Assembly (NCBI GenBank): GCA_903813345.2
Contig: CAIIXF020000001.1
Span: 31,992,001-32,056,000, forward strand
Direction of reading: 5' to 3'
Length of the DNA: 64,000 nucleotides
From: Owenia fusiformis
Taxonomy: Eukaryota
Positions 45,964 to 58,772 of this stretch are shown piece by piece; position 1 is the first letter of the stretch; every line of letters begins with the position of its first letter. A program made the translations under genes and the position numbers. The notes under the pieces are model-generated. The model was not told the origin of the DNA. It saw only the letters and a program-made list of their open reading frames with translations, and did no database searches.

Positions 45964-46292
45964 GTATTGCTTTATATCAACTTCACTTTGATTGATACGT
46001 GGTATTGCTTTATATCAACTTCACTTTGATTGATACGTGGTAGTGCTTTATATCATCTTCACTTTGATTGATACGTGGTATTGCTTTATATCAACTTCAC
46101 TTTGATACGTGGTATTGCTTTATATCAACTTCACTTTGATTGATACGTGGTATTGCTTTATATCAACTTCATTTTGACAGATACGTGGTATTGCTTTATA
46201 TCAACATCATTTTGATAGATACGTGGTATTGCATCAACTTCATTTTGACAGAAACGTGATATTGCTTTATATCAACTTCACTTTGATTGATA
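45964..46292. repeat. 38-bp minisatellite, ~8-9 copies
   Basis: Unit GTATTGCTTTATATCAACTTCACTTTGATTGATACGTG. Confidence 0.92.
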
Positions 46293-47360
46293 TTACAAGT
46301 ACCAGTGTAATATCTGTCATAAGTCTACTCCATTCCCATCATTGTTTCTGAAGTCCTGCCAAAGTTCATTTAATCATCAGAAATTGGACATAGTGGGCCC
46401 CATGACAGAAGGTAGACAACGTGACATTAACTGAAAAAACATACGTTCAATTTAATGAGTTATGACAGGCACTCAGGCAGATGCTACAAAAATCTTCAAA
46501 AATGAATGTCTCTTCCTGAATGCAGGTTTATCTTCATAAATTACTCATTACATCTAGAAATAGTCTATGAGAATTGCCAGCTAGAGAGGGAACAGAATAA
46601 TGGATACATTATTCCACTATCCTCCCTAAATGGTTACCTGTCCTCTATGGAATTGATACATGTAACCTTGATTGACATATCCATCAAAACAGTCATACAA
46701 TTCAACATGTGGGCTTGCATCTAGCTCCTACTACAATGGGATTGGGATTGTTCCAAAGCAATTGTGGTTGTTTTGCTAAATTGTTCTAGTTTTGCTGTTT
46801 GTGTCATCAAATGCTTCTGTGATATTGCTATTTTGTGTGATTGTAAAGTTGTTATTATTTTGATTATGTTGATAATCAGATGCTTTTGTTATCCCTCCAA
46901 TGATTACACATGGCTGTACAAATATTGATTCCCTGAATCATTAAAACAATCCAAACTGTATTTACATATTCACACTGACAGAAGCAGAGAAGAGTATATT
47001 CACACTGACAGAAAGAAAAAGCATGGTGCTTACATATACGTACATTTAACATTTGGTGCATTCCGATTGAGACAATGTTTTATTTATTTACCCAAGACAT
47101 TATTCTTGGAGCACAAAAGCACGAGACAACTTACCATAGAATTATACAGTTTTGTTTCTGTTAAATGCTATGCTCCTACCTGCTTAATACAGCACATTTG
47201 GCCCACTGATATTACCAATGATGTGCCAATAACATTACATGTCCATTTCTCCTAGTTTATTTCTATTACCATTGGGATACTTAAATTACCATTATCATGT
47301 TACCAGTGGTGTACTTATGTTACCTGATGGCTGATCATGCTCATGTTACCAGTGGTGTAC

Positions 47361-50300
47361 TTATGTTACCTGATGGCTGATCATGTTTGTACCTGGTATT
47401 CCTTTGTAATAATTTTCCTGAACTGAAATAGAAATATGTAAGGATCATGTATTTTTCAGTTTTGTTACATTGGAATGAAGGACATACAGGGTGGTCCAAA
47501 AATGTCACTGATTTTAAAGTGTAATAACTCATCTATTACTGGCATGAGTGGTCTAAAACATTCTGAGATGACTAGGAAATGATGCAAGTTTTGTTCCATA
47601 TTAGTAGTTTTGTAGTTTTTCGGTGGCTGCCTCTGAAATCATCATGTCCATTTTAGTGAATGACTTGTGTGACGAAGCTCACTTTCACCTTATCTGGACA
47701 TGTCAACAAGCAGGACATTAGGTTCTGGGCTGCTAACAACCCTACACAGACACAAGATATGCAACTTAGTGTTGAGAAAGTACAAGTATGGTGTGCCATA
47801 CCATTCTGGTTCGAAGTGCCCAAGGAAAACCTACAATAATGAATTTCCAGAGGTATTAGAACCTGAACTAGTTCCGAGTGTTTCCGACCTGCCTCAAGAC
47901 AGAACAGATGGATGATAATGAAAATGGCATCTTCAAGCAGGATGGATTGCTCTAATAGCAGCCGAGTATATCTAAAGGGAGTATTATCTGGTGACAGGCT
48001 TATCTCATGCAGGACCCCAAACATATGGCCACCATACTCTCCAGACGCCAGTCTTTGGGGAGACCTAAAGTATATAGGAATTTCAAAAACCATCCCAACA
48101 CAACTGGTGACATGACATCAACCAATTACCATTGGGCATCATTCAACGAGATATTGATTACTTCACTGTGTGTGTCCTAGCAATACTTAATGTATAGATG
48201 GAATACTAAAATTGACAAAGTGATTTGATTGGCAGCTACCAAAAACACAGAGATGTACATGGAAACCACTTTCATGCACAAAACTTGCATCAATTTTTAG
48301 TCATCTCAGAAAGTTTGAGACCAGTCATGCCAATAATGAATGAGATGAATGAGTTATTACACTTTAACATTTTTTTGGATGACCTGTATTTTGATTTTAT
48401 ATAACTTTATCTTATCTAGAGAATTTACTGAAAAGCAATCTGCATCATATACATAATGTGCAACATACACTCTCTCCTATCCAAGCCAGTCGTCTATGTG
48501 AAAACCAAACTTACAACATAACTTCACCACATTCATGTCATATACTCCTGTGTGTCATATATCCCACTCATGTGTCATTTAAACTAATGTGTCATAAACC
48601 CAATCATTGTGTCATATAGCCCAGCCATATGTAACATACACAAGAAATCCACATATCATATTTCACCACCTATGTGCAAAATACCCCACAAATGTTTGTA
48701 CCACTATATCTTAAAATATTCAAACTCAGCTTACTGAGAACACAACTGTTGTCTGCGAGAGACTCGTATCCAGGGTGACAAGCACAGTAGAATGTGCCAT
48801 TGTGGTTGATACACATGGAGGTCTTTGTGTCACAGTCATCAATGTGCAGCTCACACTCATCAATATCTATCAAAGTAAAATTAAAAATCAGACAATAATT
48901 GGATAACTGTGAATCAAACACAAAAATAGCATAATGACAGTTTAATGCACAGACCAAATATATCAGTGTTACTTAAGTATCAAGTACATCCACCAAACGA
49001 AACATTGACTCACCAATGAGTATTGTGTTTGAGTAAAGGTTGATGGTATTTGGAGTTTATCAAGGGAACAACAATATGAAGAGACTTATATGTAACACGC
49101 ATATTCACATGCATTTACCTGTGCAGAATCCCCTCTCTTTATTTCCTTCATAACCATCTCTGCAGATGCATGCCTCATCATTGGGTGAACACATCAGGGC
49201 ATAACCTACACATGCAAAATGTCCAACTTAAAATAGTTATCCCATCATTATGGTAAGCGTGTGGGATATTTCAATAAAATTCATTAACCATTCTTTTATC
49301 TCAAATAAATGGATGTTATATTCCTTTCATAATAAAGTAAATATTTCTTTCCTTGTATTGACATTTTCAAGCATTTAAAAGAATAGATTTTATCAAAATC
49401 TAGTAGAAAGTAAATTAGATTTTTTAAAGTACGAAATAATAGTTCAATACTTTTACAGTTGATTGAATATTGATCAACTTGATATTCTAGCTACAACTTT
49501 AACAAATCATTGTAAGTAGCTCACCAGGTAAACATTCAACCTCTGGATTGCCTACAAATCCAAGTCTACAGGTACAAGTAAATGTCATCTCCATGGGGCG
49601 ACACAGAGCATTGACAACACATGGGTTGGGACTCTTACAAACACAGACACCATCCTCACCTCGTACAGCTAAAACACTCTCACAGTCAATGTCTACAATG
49701 GAAATAAAGAATATGTATTACATATTGATATTTGTCGGTTGTAATGCAATGTAAAATGCTGACTGATGCAGCAACACAAGCATGTACGTTATAACAAAAT
49801 AATTGCCTTTTGGTGTTTAGAGTGTTCCTATAACCATTGTATATTACTAATGAAAGTGAACTAGAAAACAGCAACGCCAAAGCGTAGCAAATCCCATCGA
49901 ACAGCCATGGCTCACATTTTTACAAACAAAGTATATAGCAAAAATGGGAGCCATTTTTCAAAATGACCAGCTTCTACCACAAGTGTCATTAGACAGTGTG
50001 CCATGCTTATAGTATTCACATACCAAATATGAACAGAATCGCTCCACTACTTTTCGAGTTAAAGTAAAATAGGATAAAATGGTGGCCATTATGAAATATG
50101 GCTGCCTTCTACCAAAAGCGTCATTAGACAATGTGCCACACTTATAGTATTCACATACAAAATATGAACAAAATCGCTCCACTACTTTTCGAGTTACAGC
50201 AAAAATCGTAAAATAGCAAATAAAGGCCGCCATTTTCAAGATGACTGCCATGTGCTTCTTGAAGATCTACATTTCTAGCTTTATTAATGTCTTATATAAT

Positions 50301-51716
50301 TTTTTTACATTCAAAACATATTGCTATTACAGTTTTACAAATTGTACCTAAATTACTGTAAAATGGCCGCCATTTTTGAATGAGCGGCCTTTTCGGAAAT
50401 CAGCTTAGAGTAGAACTTCTACCTCCATAGGGTATATGTTTACAAAATATGAACAAAATCGGGCCAACAGTATTTGAGTTATTGCCCTGACGGACATACA
50501 TACGGACGTACAGACGGATAGATGGAGGCGTTCCCTATATCCCTCCGAACTTCGTTCGATGGGATAATAAGTGATTCAGACTATGAAGAACATTTTGCAA
50601 ACAGCAGAAGACAATATAATGGACCTATAGGAAGCTAAACTCTTACCTTGACAGGGCAATGTATTACAAGGAGTGACTTCTTCCTGCCATGTCTCACCTT
50701 CACACTCTACCCCTCCATTAGCTGCAACTTGGACATGTTCCCTAAACCTCTGCTTTATATGGACACCACCCCCACAGGGTTTGCTGCAGGGGTAGTCATT
50801 CTGCTCCCAGACACCCCACTCACCCCACTTGCAGTCAACTGGAATGAACAATTCAAACTTTGAAGTCCTAGAAACAAGTTAGAGAATGCAGAAAATGTCA
50901 GTAGTACTCTAATACATGTATTGTAATTCTGCTGAATTAGCTCATATTTGTTATTAAAAAAGAATAGATGATGCAGTAACAAGTTAACATAAACATACAT
51001 GTTATGTAGATCTATACTGCCAATCATTTCTGATATTCTATACATTGTACTATCATTTATCAAAAATGAAATTTGACAGTTCATGAATTGTTCCAAGGTT
51101 ATTTTTAATTTTTGTGTTGTAAATTAATAAATACAACAAAAAATGATAGTGAATTAAATAATAAAATATTTAAAACCATTCCATTGGCAAACTAGTTTTT
51201 TTCTCAAAAAGTACCACTAATGAGTGTTATGGAGTGGTGGCCTCTAAAAGTCCCTCTTCTAGACAAAAACAGTTAACAAAATACATGTACATATAAGAAA
51301 TATTCTAATTTACATTTGAAAGCCCTTGAATAATGCAATCAAGCAGAGTCAGCATTGTGTATTGAATATTGATTATCTAGAAACCTGATCCATAGGTACA
51401 TTTAAGGATTTAAGCCCTGGAACCAGTGCATGAGATGCAAAGGAAATAACACCAGAGTGGATCGGAATGAATCAGCCACAATGCATCAAGTCTTGGGCTT
51501 AAATTCTTTTCACACATTGCAGGGCTGTCAACTTGGGACCACCTAATATGAGTGACTTCAAAATGTTGGACACCTAAGTCCAAATCTGAACACTTTTGTC
51601 CAAATTTTGAACACCTTTGGCCAACTTTTAAACACCTTTGGCCAAAGTTTGAGCACCTTTGCCAAACTTTGAACACCTCAAATTTTTCGCGCTCGCTACC
51701 CTCGCGATGTCGTCAA

Positions 51717-51764
<48 letters not shown>

Positions 51765-53196
51765 GGTGACACATACGGGATTCGCGTGACAAAACCGAAC
51801 AAATTGCGTTCGGTTTTTTCCGACGTTCGTATTTTTACCGTATCTTAAACATATTTCGAAAACACTTCTACGGAAATATTTTTGCTTGACAATTGCCAGG
51901 TAAAATGCGTATTTTGCGTGACATTTTCTGTCACGCAAAAAAAACTGGCGTGACTTCAAATTCTTCAGCAAATGCGTGACAAATACGCAAATTGCGGGAC
52001 AGTTGACAGGCCTGACATTGCAAACTCAATCTGTAGAGTCAAGGTTTCACCTTGACAACCTTTCAACGAGTGACTTTTGGTGGGTTATTGGTTATATATA
52101 ATACAGTGCAGTATATGAAATACTGTTTTCGGATTAGCTGGAAGCAAACACACCTTGCCTAGCTTTGGGTGAATGTCTAATTATCAACAATGTCGTGGAA
52201 GAACAAAGTTGATTTTTTAGGGTGAGGGGTAAATTATGATTTTTGACAATTCAAGAGAAAGACAAATCATTTGAAAATTGCATTATGTGAGGGAAAGGGG
52301 GAGGGGGGGGGGGGGGAGGGGGCGGGGGTAAACCATACCATCCCTACCTGAATTTGAATTGACAATTGGATATTCTCTGCGAAATGCAACTCCCCGAAGA
52401 CTGCCCTTCAAATCAGGTACACATCCTATGTGTATTGTAATGTTGAACCTAGGGTCACTGGGGTAGGGAGCCGTGTACAGCTCACTTGTCATATCTTCTG
52501 ATACTTGTCTCCCATATATTCTACACACTGAAATACATGTATTATGATAAATTAAACCACACAGAGAAAGAAACATATGAAGAGCAATCAAATCAAAAAG
52601 GAAAAAAATGGAAGCAAAGAAAAAATAAGCCACACGGTGAACAGAATCGCACCCTTGAACAGAATACACTTTTCGGGATGGAAAATCCAAAATGGCCACC
52701 TTAACATTTACCCAGAATGCCGAAAAACTAATGAGTTATAAACTTTCATAGGTAGAAACATCCCTCAAAATTTCAATTGAATCCCTCAAACGGTTTGGCT
52801 GGAAACCTATACACAAGCGTTGACAGACAAGATTTTAGGACGGAAAATCCAAAATGGCCGTCTTAACATTTACCCAGAATGTCGAAAAACTAATCAATTA
52901 TGAAATTTCATAGGTAGAAACAGGCCTGTCAACTGTCCCGCAATTTGCGTATTTGTCACGCATTTGCTGAAGAATTTGAAGTCACGCCAGTTTTTTTTGC
53001 GTGACACAAAATGTCACGCAAATACGCATTTTACCTGGTAATTGTCACGCAAATATGTTTCTGTAAAAATTTTTTCAAAATATGTTTATGATACGGTAAA
53101 AATACGAACGTCGGAAAAAAAACGAACGCAATTTGTTCGGATTTGTCACGCGAATCCCGTATATGTCACGCATGTTCATTGGAAATTTTCGTACCT

Positions 53197-53254
<58 letters not shown>

Positions 53255-56200
53255 TTGACGACATCGCGAGCGTAGCGAGTGCGAAAAATTTGAGGTTATA
53301 AAAGTTTAGCAAAGGTGCTCAAACTTTGGCCAAAGGTGTTTAAAAGTTGGCCAAAGGTGTTCAAAATTTGGACAAAAGTGTTCAGATTTGGACTTCGGTG
53401 TCCAACATTTGTAAGTCACTCATATTAGGTGGTCCCAAGTTGACAGCCCTGTAGAAACATCCCTGAGAATTTCAAATGAATCCCTCAAACGGTTTGGCTG
53501 GAAACCTGTAGACAAACCTTGACAGACAAGATTTTAGGACGGAAAATCCAAAATAGCCACCTTAACAATTACCAAGAATGCCGAAAAACTAATCAGTTCT
53601 AAACTTTCATAGGTAGAAACATACCTGAGAATTTCAGATGAATCCCTCAAAGGGTTTGGCTGGAAACCTGTAGACAAGCCTTGACAGACAAGATTTTAGG
53701 ACAGAAAATCCAAAATGGCCGCCTTAACATTTCCCCAGAATGCCGAAAAACTATTCAGTTCTAAACTTTCATAGGTAGAAACATCCCTGAGAATTTCAAA
53801 TGAATCCCTCAAACGGTTTGGCTGGAAACCTGTAGACAAGCCTTGACAGACAAGATTTTAGGACGGAAAATCCAAAATGGGGGCCTTTACATTTACCCAG
53901 AATGCCAAAAAACTAATCGGTTCTAAACTTTCATAGATAGAAACATCCCTGAGAATTTCAAATGAATCCCTCAAACGGTTTGCCTGGAAATTTGTAGACA
54001 TTTAGCCTTGACAGACAAGATTTTAGGACGGAAAATCCAAAATGGCCACCTTAATATTTACCCAGAATGCCGAAAAACTAATCAGTTCTAAACTTTCATG
54101 GGTAGAATCATCCCTGAGAATTTCAAATGAATCCCTCAAACGGTTTGGCTGGAAACCTGTAGACAAGCCTTGACAGACAAGATTTTAGGACGGAAAATCC
54201 AAATTGGCCGCCTTAACATTTACCCAGAATGCCGAAAAACTAATCAGTTCTAAACTTTCATAGGTAGAAACATCCCTGAGAATTTCAAATGAATCCCTCA
54301 AACGGTTTGGCTGGAAACCTGTAGACAAGCCTTGACAGACAAGATTTTAGGACGGAAAATCCAAAATGGCTGCCTTAACATTTACCCAGAATGCCAAAAA
54401 ACTAATCAGTTCTAAACTTTCATAGGTAGAAACATCCCTGAAAATTTCAAATGAATCCCTCAAACGGTTTGGCTGGAAACCTGTAGACAAGCCTTGATAG
54501 ACAAGATGTTAGGACGGAAAATCCAAAATGGTCGCCTTACCATTTACCCAGAATGCAGAAAAACTAATCAGTCCTAAACTTTCATAGGTAGAAACATCTC
54601 TGAGAATTTCAAATGAATCCCTCAAACGGTTTGGCTGGAAACCCGTAGACAAGATTATTCGGGACGCCCACCCGCCCGCCTGCCTGGCAAACTGATTACA
54701 ATATAGCACCTAAGGGTGCGATAATTAATTTCATAAAGAATTTGAACCAATAGAACAACCAGAACAACGGCAACGCCAAAGCGTAGCGAATCCCATCGAA
54801 CAGAAATGGCTGGCGTTTTTAAAAGCGAAGCGCAAATATCATTAAACAACACACCAGAAAGGCCACCATTTTCAAAATGGTTGTTCACTAGCCAAGTTGT
54901 CATCAGAAGAAATAATATGCTTTTAAGTAGCCACCTCTAAAATTTTTGAAAAATCACACACGTACTTGTAAACACACATAAAACACACATTAAAATGGTG
55001 GCCATTTTTCAAAATGGCAGACTACTCCCCAAAGTTTTATTAGACAATGTGCCATGCTTAAAGTATTCACATATCAAATATGAACAAAATCGCTCCACTA
55101 TTTTTCGAGTTATAGTAAAATACGTTAAAATGGCGGCCATTTTTCAAAATGGCCACCTTCTCCCAAAAGCGTCATTAGAAATAGACAGTGTGCCATGCTT
55201 ATGGTATTCACATACCAAATATGAACAAAATCGCTACACTACACTTCGAGTTATAGTGAAATACGTTAAAATGGCGGCCATTTTTCAAAATTGTTTTCAA
55301 AATGGCTGCCTTCTACCAAAAGTGTCATAGGACAGTGTGCCATGCTTATAGTATTCACATACCAAATATGAACAAAATCGCTCCACTACTTTTCTAGTTA
55401 TAGCAAAATATGTTAAAATGGCGGCCATTTTTCAAAATTTTTTTCAAAATGGCCGCCTTCTACCAAAAGTGTCATAGGACAGTGTGCCATGCTTATAGTA
55501 TTCACATACCAAATATGAACAAAATCGCTCCACTACTTTTCGAGTTATAGTAAAATACGTTAAAATGGCGGCCATTTTTCAAAATGGCCGCCTTCTACCA
55601 AAAGTGTCTTTAGACAGTGTGCACTGCTTATAGTATTCACATACCAAATATGAACAAAATCGCTCCACTACTTTTCGAGTTACAGCAAAAATCGTAAAAT
55701 AACGAGTAAAGACCGCCATTTTTCAAGATGGCTGCCATGTGCTTCTTTAATATCAACATTTCTAGCTTTATTAATGTCCTATATAATTTTTTTACATCTA
55801 AAACATATTGCTATTACAGTTTTACATATTGCACCTAAATTACTGTAAATTCGGCACTAAAATGGCCGCCATTTTGAAATGAGCGGCCATTTTGAAAATC
55901 GGCTTTCGAGCAGAACTTCTACCCCCATAGGGTATATGTGTACAAAATATGAACAAAATCGGGCCAACGGTATTTGAGTTATTGCCCGGACGGACGGACG
56001 TACGGACGGACATACGGACGGACGGACGTACGGACGGACGGACGGACGGACGGACGGACGGACGGAGGCGTTCCCTATATCCCTCCGAACTTCGTTCGAT
56101 GGGATAAATACTCAAAGCTTTAATCAGAAAACAATTTATGCTTATTTAAATATAAATGAAAAAGTTACATTCGCAAATACAAGCTTACTCACATTATAAC

Positions 56201-57344
56201 TAACACACAAAATCTGCATATGTGCATATAGCTATCATGTTTATTCTCTACAAAAGTTACTTCATTTAATTCATGAAACATGTATATAATTCCCATAGCC
56301 ATGACCTCAGTAACATATCTTTGGTTCTTGACCTTTAACATTCCATTTTTCATTCCTACCTCTGGGAGAATCAGGACATGGTGGCTGATCAGGACAGGAC
56401 ACAGGGTTGCCTATTTCCACTAGGTGTTCCCTACAAGGCTCCCCAGTGTACTTAGATGTCTTGATTCTCTTCCTAGTCTGTATATTATGTCCCCCCTGAC
56501 CACAGGCAGGCACACATTGAGATGACTCCCAGCTTTCCCATTCACTGTAGAAACAATCAGCTGAAAAGAAAATGACCATTAACAATCTGAACTGCTATAT
56601 TCAGTCTACAGGCCCCAGCTTCAATTTAACGTACTGATTCAGAAACGACCTTAACTATTGGATGTAGTCATATATACTACAATGGTTGCCAATAATTCTG
56701 ATATATCGGCCCCTTTACATTGATATATTATTAGAAAAAAAGTGAAGTGTGCTCTAATCACCATTTTTGCAAATACCATGCACTTCCTCTGTAAATGCAC
56801 TGAACATTAAAATAATGAAAATACTATTTCCCCATTTTTAGCTGTTGTACCTTTCACAGCAGTATCAAAGCCTACTCTCCTACAGCCATCAGTGCATGAA
56901 CAGTAGAACTTCACCATCATACCAGTGGGCTGTCCATTCAACTTCTGCTCAACAGACATTGTATACACCTCTCCCTCCAGCAACTCCACCTTCCTTGAGC
57001 CATCTAACACTGAACCTGAATTTTAATCCTTAAGATGAAGCACTCAGAGTCTTATATGTATAGGTTGCTTCTATTTTACCTAAGCTTACTGAAGCCAGAT
57101 ACTGTATGTAGAAGGAAATACCCACAGTAAAACATTTGATAACTCATCAAGTTAAAAAAAAAGAAGAGACAATTCTGTTGGTTCCCAAATACACTAACCA
57201 GAAATATCTACCAAAATATATTTGATTCATTATTTAGCAATACTTCTATGAAATCCACTTACAAGTGTGTATGGCACCCCTTATTTCCCCAAGTCCAGAT
57301 ATCAGCATGGAAAGAATCCATAAAAAGTAATTTGAGTTTAACAT
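47361..57344 (-). CDS. Secreted mosaic protein: signal peptide, 2 unrecognised Cys modules, 2 TSP1, 3 EGF-type modules (~420-435 aa); 3' end uncertain
   Basis: join(57344-57263,57015-56851,56560-56360,52527-52348,50838-50647,49692-49525,49205-49119,48866-48735,47422-47361); all introns phase 1, GT-AG. Alternative end: 47422-47393 spliced to 46430-46366. Confidence 0.75.
47487..48386 (+). mobile_element. Tc1/mariner element with decayed transposase
   Basis: TA TSD, CAGGGTGGTCCAAAAA...TTTTTGGATGACCTG ends; remnants CDEAHFHLSGHVNKQDIRFWA, QQDG-like and WPPYSPD..LWGDLK. Confidence 0.85.
48735..48866 (-). CDS. Calcium-binding EGF exon of the secreted protein
   Basis: DIDECELHIDDCDTKTSMCINHNGTFYCACHPGYESLADNSC. 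Confidence 0.9.
49119..49205 (-). CDS. Partial EGF-like exon of the secreted protein
   Basis: GYALMCSPNDEACICRDGYEGNKERGFCT; phase 1-1. Confidence 0.8.
49525..49692 (-). CDS. EGF-like exon of the secreted protein
   Basis: DIDCESVLAVRGEDGVCVCKSPNPCVVNALCRPMEMTFTCTCRLGFVGNPEVECLP. Confidence 0.85.
49859..50570. mobile_element. HINE-like element (family B), 2 internal units
   Basis: Same termini as 13795 and 54757 copies; GGAC microsatellite; terminal CGAAC-TTC-GTTCG hairpin. Confidence 0.75.
50647..50838 (-). CDS. Thrombospondin type-1 exon
   Basis: VDCKWGEWGVW...CSKPCGGG...QRFR...AANGGVEC...CNTLPC. Confidence 0.9.
51520..52014 (-). mobile_element. MITE with CAGG...CCTG ends and 6-bp TSD
   Basis: TIR CAGG(G/C)CTGTCAACT; TSD ACATTG; internal poly-G; inverted copy of 52921-53451. 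Confidence 0.85.
52348..52527 (-). CDS. Exon encoding second copy of the unrecognised module
   Basis: VCRIYGRQVSEDMTSELYTAPYPSDPRFNITIHIGCVPDLKGSLRGVAFRREYPIVNSNS; phase 1-1, 180 nt. Confidence 0.7.
52623..54724. mobile_element. HINE-like element (family C) with ~9 tandem 162-bp units, interrupted by a MITE
   Basis: Subterminal ATCGCACCC / GGGTGCGAT; GGACGGAAAATCCAAAAT recurs every 162 bp (e.g. 54026, 54188, 54350, 54512); terminal GCACC-TAAG-GGTGC hairpin. Confidence 0.75.
52921..53451 (+). mobile_element. MITE with CAGG...CCTG ends and 6-bp TSD, inserted in the 162-bp array
   Basis: TSD TAGAAA; removing it restores the array unit; internal poly-C. Confidence 0.85.
54757..56108. mobile_element. 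HINE-like element (family B) with ~5 tandem units of ~136-147 bp
   Basis: Family B termini; AAAATGGCGGCCATTTT-rich units; (GGAC)n at ~55988-56065. Confidence 0.8.
56360..56560 (-). CDS. Thrombospondin type-1 exon
   Basis: ADCFYSEWESW...CVPACGQGG..QTRKR...GEPC...CPDQPPC. Confidence 0.88.
56851..57015 (-). CDS. Exon encoding first copy of the unrecognised module
   Basis: CSVLDGSRKVELLEGEVYTMSVEQKLNGQPTGMMVKFYCSCTDGCRRVGFDTAVK; phase 1-1. Confidence 0.72.
57263..57344 (-). CDS. First coding exon (signal peptide) of the secreted protein
   Basis: MLNSNYFLWILSMLISGLGEIRGAIHT followed by consensus gtaagt donor, phase 1. Confidence 0.7.
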
Positions 57345-58249
57345 ATCTTCAGTCCAAACAAGTGTTTACAAATTTTGATTCTTCCAATACTAATTGACTG
57401 CTATGAGCATTTCTGATTTTCATTCCGCATGATAAAATTCAGCGTAAAAAATTGTCCATATTTTATTTAACCTCATAATTGTGAGTTAAAACTGAATAAT
57501 GAAGAGACTTTCATCAATTATAAGTTTTTTCCAATTAATAGACTTACAATCCTTCGATTTCATCATCCAAATATTAAAAGAAAAATCTCATTAATAATTC
57601 ATATCAGCCAAGGGTGTTTTTGACATTGTATTGAATTTGCATAACACAAGTCAATCCTAATGCTTGTAAGATGATCTTTGATTCAAACATAGTTCAAAGT
57701 ATTAATAATATTTTTTAAATGAGTTTTTTTTTATCGAAAAATGTTTCTTTCATCTGACGCATTAAAATGTACTTGCACTTGAGTAATAAACAAATTTTGG
57801 TGCCTGTTAAATGTTCTTCAGTTTTTTTGTCAATGGCTTGCATTTAAAATTTTACCAGTTCTTTGGGGTCAATTAGTACAGAAGTTTAAATTCAAGATTC
57901 AGCAACACATTGTTCTTTCAAAAGAATTATTAAACAGTCAACTGTACCAACTCAAATTATTGTTTATGCTTAATCAAGGAAACTTCACTGGGATACGCCT
58001 ATCCTCCATTGGGTTTTCTGATAAATTACTTAAGTTTAAAATCAAAAAAAAGGAGTTACATTAAAGTGCTCTCCCAGCATTGCAGGGAACTGGGAGCTAA
58101 ATACAATGTAGAAGTTTCCATATACGTTTTCCAAGGAAAATAATAGAGGAGAATCATTATTATGGAATCAAGGATAAGGTAAAATCATTAGAAGCCAAGA
58201 GAGGTTTATCTTGAAATTTCACCCCAGCAAACACACAATTTTAATAAAA

Positions 58250-58772
58250 TGAGAACTTGATGATTTTGAAAAAAAATTGGTCAATTTGAATCAAGTTGAA
58301 AAAAGTCCTATTTGACCTTGAGAAGGTCAAATCTTTTTTTTGAGAATGTCACTGAAGGTCAAATCTATAGTCAGATTTGAACTTTTGAGAACTTGTACAT
58401 GATTTTGAAAAACGAAATTGGTCAATTTGAAGCAAGTTGAAAAGACATTTTGACCTTTCTTTGATCTTGAGAAGGTCAAATCTTAAATCTAAAGTCATAT
58501 TTGAACTTCTGATAACTTGTAGATGATTTTGAAAAAAAATTGGTCAATTTGAAGCAAGTTGAAGAAGACCTTTTTTGATCTTGAAAAGGTCAAATCTTGA
58601 ATTTTAAGTCAGATTTGAACTTTTGAAAACTTGTAGATTTGGGAAAAAAATCTAAACAGTATTTGTTAAATAATTTGAAGTTTTAAGAATTTGTTACAGG
58701 CGCCAACCACCAACCGCTGCCACAAAAAACGGAGACCATAACAAAATGTCACCATTTCTTGGTGGTGACATA
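58250..58772. mobile_element. Truncated HINE-like element (family A)
   Basis: Same units as 7106-8430 and same terminal ATGTCACCA...TGGTGACAT hairpin. Confidence 0.75.

Noticed and set aside
45964..46292. CRISPR array (38-bp repeat)
   Set aside because: Head-to-tail units without unique spacers; an ordinary minisatellite
51718..53253. Poly-Gly / poly-Pro ORFs and long G/C homopolymers
   Set aside because: They come from the MITE's internal G/C run; homopolymer length is unreliable in assemblies and the ORFs are not credible
57548..57567. Alternative first exon MMKSKD|gtaagt for the secreted protein
   Set aside because: No signal peptide; 57344-57263 fits better, though this could be a 5' UTR exon
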